From contig BCGN01000001.1 of the NCBI GenBank assembly GCA_001599295.1, forward strand, positions 1,426,001-1,490,000: a DNA stretch of 64,000 nt, written 5' to 3'. Under the pieces are notes generated by a model. It saw nothing but the letters and a program-made list of their open reading frames with translations, had not been told where the DNA came from and did not search any database. The position numbers were made by a program, and so were the translations under genes. Source of the stretch: Sporopachydermia quercuum (lineage: Eukaryota). Below are positions 1 to 11,302 of the stretch, one piece after another. Positions within the stretch are counted from its first letter, which is position 1, and every line of letters starts with the position of its first letter.

Positions 1-1895
1 CAACAGGACCCGGCTTCAGTTTTTTGAATGGGCTGTATTATATTTTATAATATTCTGTATTCATGGAACTCCTACTTCGCTTAAGTGAAGTTACTGCTCA
101 TCGGTTTCAAGTACGTTTAGACGCTTAAAAAAGATGATCCTCCAAAAGAAAGCCATCTAAAAGTTTACTCAGCTTACAAATAAAGTTTATATTATAAATA
201 AACGTTGGAGTAACCTAAAATGAACCACTATTTTGAGTCAACCTAAACAATTAATAATAACTTCATACAAACTAATTATCAATCATTATTAAAAATTAAG
301 GTTTCTCCTTTCTCAAAACTTATATAAACATTGCTCAATTGACGCATTGGCTCAATATCATTATCATCTAATGCGCTCGAACAATATGAGATGAATTTAT
401 GTAGAAAAAAACTGAAAACAAGAAGAATCAAAATGTTTTGAGACATATAATCCATATGTTCTGAGATGCGTGTGCAACAAATCAGTTTATTATGAGGTAA
501 AAGTAAAAGAATAATAGACAGTTTATCGCCTCAGTATATGCTTGTAATAATGTCAAACGACGTACAACCAAGAACCACAGACCCTGGCAGATCAAAATAT
601 ACAATACAATTAGTAGAGATTGAGAGAGGGATGACTGAGACTATTATATATTCATTATATATTTTTGAGAGGACGGAAAAAAATGTTGTTATCTATTTTG
701 TATGAAAGTTCTTCATGAAAAGTGTCCATAATATCATTGATAAATGATAAAGATAAACGTGAGACATCCTCAACTTTCATTATCATTTTCAACGTTCTAT
801 TTTGTTCTATTATTTAAGACTGTTGTTTCACAGTTATATATTTACCCCAGGCCAAGAGATTTAGTTTAAGTTGATACGTACAAATTGGTGTTTTTGATAA
901 GAAATTCATCACAACCTACGCAATCGAGAGAATAATAAATTTTAGTCCAATACTATGAATTGAATGTTTCGTTATTAAGCTCCAAATCATTATCTGTTTA
1001 GAATATCAAAAATTCTATCGATAGTGTTTTATTTTTTACTTTCAGGTGTTTTTTTGAACTAGCAATCAATCAACTTGACAGCACCTCCTACCATATCTTG
1101 CTATTAATTAATATTGACGTTTAATAGTACATAATTTAGTTAATAATCAGATACTTTACCGACGAGCTGCTAAGATGTGACAATAGTATAAACGACAATT
1201 TTGATTACTTTACTTCATTCAGGAAGTATTTCAAAGTTTATTCACATTTCCATTCAACGTATGTGAACCCGCAGCCATAAGCTTCCTTCATAAGTTTGAA
1301 ATTTTGCATTTAGCTACCATCAATATGGTTTAAGGTTAAACCATTATTACTATATTTAAAAAAATTTGGTTAAGTTTAACTATTGATTACCCTTTTGATG
1401 TTTACTGAATTAATCTATTTTAAGTTGCGATAAATAACCATTCGGTAATAATATCAACCAAGTAGGAGCAAAAATTGGAACTGGGTTTAACCCTCAAACC
1501 TAAAACGGATCAATTTTTTTTGACTGAATGAATTAAGAAAAAAGGGATGTTCAAGGTTTTCACTGTTACATCTATTTCCGCTCAATTTTAGTGATTCAAC
1601 TGAAAGCCACAGACCGCCGTTTGATCTTGAAATTGTTATATGATTCCCTTTTCAAAAGTTTTATCGTAGGGCATGGCATTGACTTCGAGAGTTATAGAAA
1701 ATTTTTTAATCAATACCACACAAACATTCCATCATTAGGTAAGATCAATTTTTTTAGGGAGTGAGAGAGGCAAAAGTTTCCGCATCCTAAAATCACTGCA
1801 GAAGATGAAAAATCCTCGATAAGACAGTTGAACATCAATAGAAAGAATGATTCAATGATTACGTAATAAACAAACCATACATTCACCTTATGAAC

Positions 1896-2165
1896 CGCGT
1901 TTTACTGAAAAGTCTCTTTGAAATCCAAGCTCTCGCGTTTCCGTGTTTTCTGAAACCATTTCCATTGGTAGTGGAGGAAATAATATATCAAATAACGGTC
2001 TCTTATAAGTGAATTATTTATCCAAGTTAGGATATAAACGTCAATAGAACCCAAAACGCATTAATTGAAAAGACACGGAAACGTGAGTGCAAACACGGTA
2101 CGATACACTTGTCTTACATGTGTGAGAGTTGACGCGATCGCGAAACTAATCTCTTGAACGCGCGT
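1896..2165. promoter_or_regulatory. Cluster of MCB/SCB-like CGCG elements
   Basis: CGCGT (~1896, ~1934), ACGCG (~2132), CGCGAAA (~2139) and ACGCGCGT (~2158) in otherwise CpG-poor DNA. They resemble MBF (ACGCGT) and SBF (CRCGAAA) sites. The target gene is not identified. Confidence 0.4.
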
Positions 2166-2795
2166 GTTTATAGTTCAAACGACCAAAAAATGAGAACTCG
2201 ATTATTAATTATTAAGTGGCTTGATGATGTAAGAAGTTATTGTATTGAATACTCCGATCTAAAATTAATACATATATATGCCTATTTGTAATTGTAATGA
2301 AAGTCTAATCTTATACCAGCTTTAGACTCATTCCCACTAATACAAACCAAGCAAACTTAATCCAAGTCCACATAGGTTCCGTCGTTCTATTTTATTTGTC
2401 AGATCTATCAAGAGCTTTCAAAATAATCTGTGATGAGCAGAGAACAATCAATTTTCCCCATTCGAATCAACTATAAATTGCTTTACTATATAAGTCCAGC
2501 TAGTGCCTGTGGTAACAGTATAAATCCAGTGCCGTTCCAGAGTTTATTGTCATCCTAATCGATCTCTTGTTGATTAGACTGCCGGTTCGTTATTTTTGAC
2601 CTGTAAACAATACTATTCTCCATCAGAATACAACCCTAACCGCAAGATACACCGGTTCACATCATCTTCAGTGCGACTTTCACCTTTTTTCTAGTAACTC
2701 TACAAATACAATACGGTAATGATAACTCACTACCTATCATTACCACTGATGGTTGAAAAATACATAATCATTTGTTTTTTATACAAGTTCACATT

Positions 2796-4220
2796 TTATG
2801 CATCACCAAAGAAGATACCATTGACTATCTCAACAGTATCATCTTTATTGAGAATTTCCTCCGTAAGATAATCACCAAAGCGATCATTCAGCTTTTCAAT
2901 ATATTCATCCTTGATGAGAAGCTCACCATCTTCATTAGGCTCTGCAACTAGATTGAAACGTTCTTTTCCTTCATTATCATCTCCACTTCTTGCCTCAGGT
3001 TTCAAAAGTCGCAAGGCATCAATTAGAGTATTAATTAACAGGTCTTGTTCTTCTTTCGATATATTCTTATTTTCATCCATTATATTGGCAACCCAAACCT
3101 TCAGGTTCCCTAGTAAAACAACACGAACAATTTCCCCACCTAATGCCTGGAAACCCAATACTGAGCCATACAAAGTACTAACAGGTTTCGTCGGGTCTAG
3201 GAAAGCCTTGAGTAAAGTACGGGTTATTTTTGGTTTCAATGTTTGGTAATTATCTCCATATTTCTCCACTATATGCTTTAAAAGAGCAGAAGCGAATTGT
3301 CTTACAGCATAATGGTCATTAGATGTAGAGTCTCCAATTTTTTTGGCTAACAATAACGTTAAAACAGAGGGAAGAAGTGAATGGATATAGGGAGCAATGA
3401 ATATCGTTGGATTCTCAACTAAAGCATAAATGGTTTCAAGCATGGTTGATAACAGACCTATTTGTTTCAAGTTATGAGTAATCTTCTCTGCAACAAACTG
3501 TATGAAATAAGGTATCAACTGATGTAAACCAGAATCCGATCTTAAACTTGTGATAGCAGCATTCTTAAGATGATCATTATTCGCATCGATTGATACTAAA
3601 GCTGAGACAATTTTGTCAAAATAGATCTGCAGTTCTTTTGAAAGGACATGCTTCACCAGAGGTTTAACTTCAACGTCTTTATCCTTTAGGTATGATATAG
3701 CTGAAACAGGAGAATGATTAACCATAGATCCCCTGACTGTAGATGGCGTACTCTTTATTTCAGTCTTTGAAGGATTCTGAGGTATGTTTGGCTGAACCCC
3801 TTCAATTGCCAACCAGTGACAAGTAAAAGATGGTATTCTAGGAACTGCTGGTAGAGGTTGATTAATGAGCTTTTCAAAATCAACTTCTTGATCATCTATG
3901 TAATAAAGAGTTTGACCTGGTCCAACTAAAGCTTCCTTGAAGTTCACAGGAGTAAGATTGCTGGATTCGTATCCATAAAGTGGTTCACAATTCAATACTT
4001 TCAATGCTTTACTAATATCTTGAGTACCCAATGTTCTTCGTTTGCTATGTCGCATGAATTTCATCGCCTGATCCAATATTTCGTGTATACGATACTCTAC
4101 ATCCATAGCAAGAGCTTTTGCTACTTCATCTGGCAAGTTATTCAACCCCAATGATTCTGATACATCTTTTACGGTATCTGCTGGTGACCATAAAGTATGA
4201 GACAGTTTTATTGATGACAT
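2796..4220 (-). CDS. TAF6: TFIID/SAGA subunit Taf6 (histone H4-like fold + HEAT domain)
   Basis: 474-aa ORF with N-terminal H4-like fold (LAMDVEYRIHEI...FMRHSKRRTL), HWLAIEGVQP and KHVLSKELQIYF motifs typical of Taf6. Confidence 0.96.
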   Translation of the reverse strand: MSSIKLSHTLWSPADTVKDVSESLGLNNLPDEVAKALAMDVEYRIHEILDQAMKFMRHSKRRTLGTQDISKALKVLNCEPLYGYESSNLTPVNFKEALVGPGQTLYYIDDQEVDFEKLINQPLPAVPRIPSFTCHWLAIEGVQPNIPQNPSKTEIKSTPSTVRGSMVNHSPVSAISYLKDKDVEVKPLVKHVLSKELQIYFDKIVSALVSIDANNDHLKNAAITSLRSDSGLHQLIPYFIQFVAEKITHNLKQIGLLSTMLETIYALVENPTIFIAPYIHSLLPSVLTLLLAKKIGDSTSNDHYAVRQFASALLKHIVEKYGDNYQTLKPKITRTLLKAFLDPTKPVSTLYGSVLGFQALGGEIVRVVLLGNLKVWVANIMDENKNISKEEQDLLINTLIDALRLLKPEARSGDDNEGKERFNLVAEPNEDGELLIKDEYIEKLNDRFGDYLTEEILNKDDTVEIVNGIFFGDA

Positions 4221-5530
4221 TGTTACTCGGAGTTATTACTAAGCCCAAACACCAAACTAGCATTTCAAATACTAGTTCTTCAGGTTTAAATACTAGCACA
4301 ACTGCCGCAACCATAAATGGAATTCATAAGAAAGTGTCGTTTTTCCATCACTGTATATATCATTTTCACACAACTACACAACAAAATACAACATGTAGAG
4401 AATAAAAAGAGATCCTATGTCCACTCACCATAGTAAAATGTGAGGCAAGGGTGTAGGTTTTCTCGCGCGCAAATGAAACGATACGTCAAGTTAGTATATC
4501 ACATGACTCAACATCAAACCGGATAAATTCAAAAGAGGGGAGAAGGGATCGAGATAGTATTAGACGTCCGCTGCAGACACATTTAGAAAGTTGATTGAGA
4601 AGGAGAAGAGACATTTATCAAATGAGCTCAGTAAGTTTTTGGTAAGAATTTTGAGCAAATTTATTCATAGAAATCGTTGATGAAGCAGTGATAAATGTTC
4701 TCATCATAACCATTAATGAAACATGAAACAAGAGTGAGCCTTTTATTGTACGGAAAGAGATGAACATTATTGGGTACAATTTTGGCAGTTCAGCACAAAG
4801 AGTGAATAGTGAATAGCAGCAGCATTTAAACAGCAAATAAAATAAATTATTTCTTTGAGAAAACTAATAAGCAATATTAAGAAATCGTTTTAAAAACGTT
4901 CCTGTTTTATAAATTTTCTCAAATTCTAACACACCAATATCTTTTGTATCACCGTGTCTTTCTTTGACGAAAAGTAGACCTGTCTCATGCATACCTTATG
5001 CACACCATCTTCCTCAGCTCTTGATTAACTCATTTTTTTCCTCATTTTTGACGCTCAAAGAAGTCAAACCTGCAAAGATTTTGCTCGTTTATACTAAAAT
5101 ATACAATCGGGAAATCCCTCTTCCGTACACCACTTTTCCATTCAACATCAAAAGAAATTTTCTAGTAAAGCAGTGCCTGTGATAAAAATCACTACAAATC
5201 ATTTCGCCATCAGTAAACAAGTGTTTTTTGTTTCGTTTAAATAAGGCCCCCAACCCACAAGATCTAGTTGTTTTTATGAATCTGGATTAGTACTATTTTG
5301 GAATTTCACTAGGATTATTATAACAATTTGTTAGCAGAAATTTGCAATTAATTCGTTCCATTTTGAGATAGTTCTTGATCTCAAGGGTATCTTGAAACCC
5401 ATCAGATATCTTACAAATTTGTATCATTATCGAAAGGTATATGGTTGAACTTGTTAAGAAGTCAGCTCATTAAATTAGAGGTTTTAAACTCTAAGGTTGA
5501 AGTAGTCTTGTTTTAAGGAAGCTAATCATT

Positions 5531-7477
5531 ATGTTGAAGCAACCGTTAAAGACATCAACTGTTTACATTAGACAGACTCAACCAAGGGTGCTTTCACCAC
5601 CACAGCAACAGCAACATCCGACACACCCAGGTGGCGAAATACCGCCTGGTGTTTACAGTACAAATGGTATGGTGAATGTCATCACTGGCTTTCCAAGAAG
5701 CTTTTCAACTGTACCTGTTCACTGGGACAGAAGATCGCATCTTCGTGAAGAAACTGGTGAGTTTTCACATAGGGGTTCTCAACCTCAAACAATAACTGAA
5801 TTAATACAACAAACGCAGGGACTTGGTTTGAATCAGGTGAAAACGAATGGAAAAGCTCTTTTGTTTGATGAAGTTTATTCGCAACATATGAATGCATCAG
5901 ATTCATTTCCTACGATTTGGAAAGGTTGCAACAGGTTGTTTGAAATTTATAGAAGTCAAAGAGGCGAAGGCCAACTATATGCTCGTCAAGTGAGTGCCTT
6001 ATTGCAAACTATCAATGAATCTGCAAGATCATTAAGGAAATGGGATATAAATCGATCAGTTAAATCACATAATGATGCTGTTGATCAGAAAAGAGCCTTT
6101 ACACAAGAAATGGTAGATATGCTATCATGTATCTCGGATGATGTGATTGAAGGCATTTCTTTGATAACAAAGTATGGTGCAATGAGACTTCTATCCGCTT
6201 ACTGTGAACTAGGCCTGTCAAAGGATGCTTTTGGTGTTTGGCAAAGATCTCAACAAGGTGTATTTCCGCATGGTAATCCTTTCAATTCAGCAAAGGCTAT
6301 TGGTTCATTATTGATTATAATGACAGATTTACAAATCAGTAATGAAGCTGTGGAGAATTTATATATGAACAAATGCAACGACGATAACGATTCAGGCAAC
6401 TTGAGGAAAGGAATGATTTATTATTCACTTCATAGAAATCAAGTGGCCAGAGCCTGTGAAGTATTCAACGAACTAGTAGGAACCAAAGCGAGCCCTCAAA
6501 CACTAGCGCAATGTCACAGTTATTTTATTGCTTATTGCAAAGATGTTGACATTGCTACTCAGTATTTTGATATTGCTATGAAAAAAGGTGTTTTGCCTTA
6601 TCGGGTTCCATTATATGTCAATGTAGTTGCCCAGTATATTTGGAATGTCTATGAGGCTACTGGCGATATGGACAGAATCACCCGTATTTACCTCGAATAT
6701 GGAGCGGCTTTGGAAAACACAGCTATTGGCATTTTCTCCAGGTTGCATTCTTCCTACTTCGATATTTTCTTCGCTCATTATCCTGAAAGAACAGACGAAG
6801 CAATGGACAAACTAAGATATGTTATCAAAGAAAGCTGTGGTTATAATGAAATTTCCACACGTGCTTTCTTAAATGTATTGCTCTCCAAAGTTGTTATTTG
6901 GAATGATGGAGAAATTATCAGCTCAATTAGAGAAGCATATGATCTATATGGTATCAATCTAGACCCAGTCAGTGTTCGTATTTATCTTAATTCACTTGGA
7001 AAACTTGACGTGTCTGATGATTTGATCATCAAAGCATGGAATGATTTGTTGTATGTTCGTACTCAAACAACTGACAGATCAGTTGTTTATCTTGATTGGT
7101 CAGCTCTTACTTCAGCTTGCTTTGGCTATAGACTTAACGAAGCTGTTCAGCCACAGCAAATCATTGATGTGCTTGAGTCAGCTGGTATCTCTTCAACAGA
7201 ATTTCAAAATCAATACCCAGATATGACCATAAAACGAGAGTTGCATTTGGATTTATTTGCCAGACTGTGGAAGCTTTACTCTTCTAAATCCTTCTCGTCT
7301 CTTGACCTTCAAAGAGCCAAAAACCTGGTTGTCAGTAGAATCGGACGTTCAAACGCATCAATACTAGACAAATTGAACACTCTTTCTGCCGATGGCATTA
7401 CTGTACCTGATTACGCTTCCAAACTGGTGGAGAAGCCACATCTTGTCAATCAAAAAACTGGCTCCATCAATTATTAA
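5531..7477 (+). CDS. RMD9: Mitochondrial PPR-type mRNA-binding protein Rmd9-like
   Basis: 648 aa with colinear similarity to yeast Rmd9 as I recall it (LLFDEV, ISDDVIEG..YGA, LPY...L.V..V, IFFxxY, C-terminal LSADGITVP). Puf3 element in the 3' UTR. Lies near TAF6, as in S. cerevisiae. Confidence 0.82.
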   Translation: MLKQPLKTSTVYIRQTQPRVLSPPQQQQHPTHPGGEIPPGVYSTNGMVNVITGFPRSFSTVPVHWDRRSHLREETGEFSHRGSQPQTITELIQQTQGLGLNQVKTNGKALLFDEVYSQHMNASDSFPTIWKGCNRLFEIYRSQRGEGQLYARQVSALLQTINESARSLRKWDINRSVKSHNDAVDQKRAFTQEMVDMLSCISDDVIEGISLITKYGAMRLLSAYCELGLSKDAFGVWQRSQQGVFPHGNPFNSAKAIGSLLIIMTDLQISNEAVENLYMNKCNDDNDSGNLRKGMIYYSLHRNQVARACEVFNELVGTKASPQTLAQCHSYFIAYCKDVDIATQYFDIAMKKGVLPYRVPLYVNVVAQYIWNVYEATGDMDRITRIYLEYGAALENTAIGIFSRLHSSYFDIFFAHYPERTDEAMDKLRYVIKESCGYNEISTRAFLNVLLSKVVIWNDGEIISSIREAYDLYGINLDPVSVRIYLNSLGKLDVSDDLIIKAWNDLLYVRTQTTDRSVVYLDWSALTSACFGYRLNEAVQPQQIIDVLESAGISSTEFQNQYPDMTIKRELHLDLFARLWKLYSSKSFSSLDLQRAKNLVVSRIGRSNASILDKLNTLSADGITVPDYASKLVEKPHLVNQKTGSINY

Positions 7478-8321
7478 ACGTATATCAAGTAATGATACCG
7501 AACTGACATGTTTTCTCACACAGTTTCTATCCCTCTTCTTGTACATATTTTTACGTTCTAATTATTTGTTTTCATTCTCTTGTTCTTGGGGCATTATGTA
7601 TTCTTTTTACTATTTTGGGTTTTCATATGCTTGTCTCTATATATATTTTCATGATCACAGCGTCACAATATTTCATCTAAACATTTAATTTCAGCACTCA
7701 TTAACATCTCATACTAATTCATATCGAAAGCTGGAGAACTACAGAACCCAATAGTTTCTCTTACTTTTGCTCCTTCTTGTATATATTTATCAAATCCCGT
7801 CTAATAAACATTATCACGTACTACTGGTTGTACCTTGTATAAATCACATTCATACCTACTCTGTTCTTCTTAGACTTATCATCTGATATTCTCTCCTCTG
7901 CATCATCAAGGTAATTAATGTTATGAATCCCGAAGATAACAGAAAGAGAACAGAAGGTGTCTGTTTTGATACAGAGTGTACATTGGCTATCTCAAGTCAT
8001 TTTCGAAGGTTGATATACTGTTTTGAGATTTGAACTAGATCCAATAATCTGTTACCTGCAATTCCAATAAAATTCAAAGAAACAATTTCTGCACTATTAA
8101 ATATCTCTCAACAATCATATATTATAATAGATTATTATGAATTATTATCATCGCTTGAACTTCCATACTGCTTAAGATCTCCGTTATTCTTATCTGGTAC
8201 AGAGTTACCTCTTTGGCTCACAAATGCATTTGTCAAATGACAGCACTTTTCTTTGGGCTCTCCTGATTACTGGGATTATATGTATATTTATATACAGGTT
8301 AAATACTATTATTGTAATTAC

Positions 8322-8339
8322 TATTATTATTATTATTAT
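8322..8339. repeat. (TAT)6 microsatellite
   Basis: Read directly, upstream of the P450 gene. Confidence 0.85.
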
Positions 8340-8518
8340 AATGATTATTGATAAAACTTGCTATTAATTAATTTTGGAAGTAAATATTAAACTAGAAAAC
8401 CGAACAAAAATAAAAAATTGCTATTCACAAGTTGATCTTTACCCTGCTGCTGGAATCCTTGCTCCTCTACTAGCTAACCACTGTTCTTTATATGTATTTG
8501 ATAAACTGACAGATTAGA

Positions 8519-10394
8519 ATGCAATCGATAGATCAGGGATTGTGGAGACTGATAGAAGTTTTGAAAGGCACAAGAGCTATCGAGTGGAATTTCATGCAAG
8601 CGGATCTTGAAGAGCATGTTGATGCACTAAAAAGGGCAGACACCTGGGGGAATTTTATGAATAAATTAACAGTAATTGACCTATCAATTGCTTGTCTGTG
8701 TTTGGCTATAACATATTTGATTTATGATTATGTTTATGAGCCGTCATTTCCGGACAAAATAAAAGGAATCCCTTCAGTTCCGGGATTACCAATTGTAGGG
8801 AATCTATTACAAATATCTAAGAAACCAGTAAGAACATTTGATGAATGGAGTCGCCAGTATGGGGAAGTGTTTCAAGTTCGATATGGAAACAGGAGAGTCG
8901 TAGTTGCAAACTCTTACGATTCTGTTAAGAACATATGGGTTGAGAATTCTCGTGCAAGCAATTCTCGGCCAACGTTTTACACATTTCACACGATATTGTC
9001 ATCCACTCAGGGTATTCATTACCTCTACTAGCTTTTATATGTGACAAGAAGAAACTGTAGACATCTTTGTTATACTAATATCATAATAGGTTTCACGATT
9101 GGTACAACTCCATGGGGCCCCTCATTTCTAAGGAAAAAGAAACTGGTAATGTCAGCGCTAAATAAAGTGAACACTCAGTCATATTCTCCAATTATTGATA
9201 AAGTAACCAGACGACTAGTCAAAAAGCTATGGGAAACATCTACCGATATTTCGTTCAGAAGTCATCCCACGGGCATTTATTTCAGAGATATAATACGGAA
9301 GTTTGCTTTGACAATTAGTCTGAGACTTACCTATGGTAATGGGTACAATGAAGCTTCAACTGATTTATACCCAGAGATTGTTGAAGTTGAAGCTGAAGTA
9401 CTGAAACTGAGATCACATACGGGTAAGAATTTACAAGACTTTATACCGTTATTGAGATTCGTCAACATATTATGTTTCGGCAAGTGTGAGAGGCCTCAGG
9501 ATATAAGAGACAGACGAGATAAGTATATGAACGAGTTGATGGTCAGTTTGAGAGAAAAAATTGACAATGAAACAGATGAAATGTGTATTGTAGGGAACGT
9601 CCTAAAGGATATTAAGAAAGAACAATCCCCAATAGCAAAAGGTATTATAACTCCTAATCTATTAGTTCAAAGAAAAATCTATCTCTGATAATTGAGCATG
9701 CCATTAACACAAATTACTTCACCCAGATGAGTTGAATAGTATATGCCTCTCCATGGTATCTGCTGGAATAGATGGGATATCTACAACATTAACGATAGCT
9801 TTAGGAATGCTATCACGACCTGTTTCGGGGAAAAGAATTCAAGATAAAGCATACAAAGCAATTATGCAAGAATACCCTTTTGGTGTTATTGAAGCTTGGA
9901 ATAAATGCCCTTATGAATCCAAAGTCCCATATATTATAGCAATGGTTAAGGAGAGTTTAAGGTACTCATCAGTTATAACTTTAGGCTTACCACGAGAAAC
10001 AACAGCAATTATCAACTATAGAGGCTCCATAATACCGAAAGGTACGATGCTAATCTTAAACACTTACACTACAAACAGGGATGAGAAATATTACGCGAAT
10101 CCAGATGAATTTTATCCTGAAAGATACTTGGATTGGGATAAAGGCATTGAACATTTTTCTTATGGAGCAGGGTTAAGAATGTGCGGAGGTTATAATCTAG
10201 CAAACAAAGAACTATATGTGGTTCTTTGCCGTTTAATCTGCATGTTTGAAATTCGTAGAGCTGATACCGAGACAATGCAATACGATATACTTGAAGGTCA
10301 GGATGATACTGGTGGATTAGTCCTCAATCCGAAAGAATTCAGGTTGAAATTTGTTCCTCGTAGTTCAAATGTTCAAAAAGCAATATTTAGTTGA
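8519..10394 (+). CDS. Cytochrome P450, phenylacetate 2-hydroxylase-like (CYP504/CYP501 type), 3 exons
   Basis: Exons 8519-9011, 9090-9641, 9727-10394. Splicing restores SSTQ-G-FTIGTTPW and K-D-ELNSICL. TM anchor, PGLPIVGNL, ExxR (KESLR), PERY and heme motif FSYGAGLRMCGG are present. The start could be the ATG at 8657, just before the TM helix. Confidence 0.9.
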
Positions 10395-10481
10395 TCTATT
10401 TTGTTAATGGTTAATATACATTATATGTTCAGACATTAAAAAAGTAAATATATAAAGAACAGTACAACAAAAAAAATATGA

Positions 10482-10595
10482 TGATTGCTGAGAGATTCGA
10501 ACTCTCGCCTCTTACGAGATCCGAATGCTCGATGTTTGTTAACACCTAAGAATAAATCTTGAGTCGGACGCCTTAGACCACTCGGCCAAACAACC
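10482..10595 (-). tRNA. tRNA-Leu(CAA) with 32-nt intron, copy 1
   Basis: Minus strand reads GGTTGTTTGGCCGAGTGGTCTAAGGCGTCCGACTCAAG-[intron]-TTCGGATCTCGTAAGAGGCGAGAGTTCGAATCTCTCAGCAATCA. A and B boxes, long variable arm, anticodon CAA and a downstream oligo-T terminator (A-run ~10468-10476 on +). Confidence 0.97.
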
Positions 10596-11012
10596 TCTGC
10601 TGCTCTTTTCAAATAATTATGCTACATTAGCGTATTAATGTGTCCCATGCAGAACCTTGCATAATGCTCCTTCCTTATCTTTCTTTCAATTATATGAAGA
10701 GAAAAGAAAGCATGATAAGGTTAAATAGGGTGCTTGATAATATTCTGTACTACTGTTGTTCTTTTTAAAATTGTGACGGCTGCCTAAGAATTCGGAGTCA
10801 AATAGCGTTGAAACTACATCCACATATTGGTTTGATGGTATGACAGGTTCATGTTACGAACATTTATTTATACTAGAAGAATGTTCTTATGAAAGCTTTT
10901 ATATCTATTTCTTCATTGGGATTCACTACCACTAAGATGATAGATTATTGAACAATGAGAAAGAATTGCAGTAATATCTGATAGAGCAAAAACGTAACTA
11001 AAAAAAAGATAA

Positions 11013-11126
11013 TGATTGCTGAGAGATTCGAACTCTCGCCTCTTACGAGATCCGAATGCTCGATGTTTGTTAACACCTAAGAATAAATCTTGAGTCGGAC
11101 GCCTTAGACCACTCGGCCAAACAACC
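11013..11126 (-). tRNA. tRNA-Leu(CAA) with 32-nt intron, copy 2
   Basis: Identical to copy 1 over all 114 nt. Oligo-T terminator present (A-run ~11000-11007 on +). Confidence 0.97.
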
Positions 11127-11302
11127 TTGGTAATAAGACAATTTAAAACCTACGTATAAAAGCCAAAGTAAGCAACACATGTATATTTTTATGTTTAAAT
11201 AAGAATTTATTTTCTTTGATCGCTGCTTCATATATACTTTTCCTTATCAGAACATCGACTATTATATCTTTATTGGTATAATAAGAATCAGTACTTACGA
11301 GG

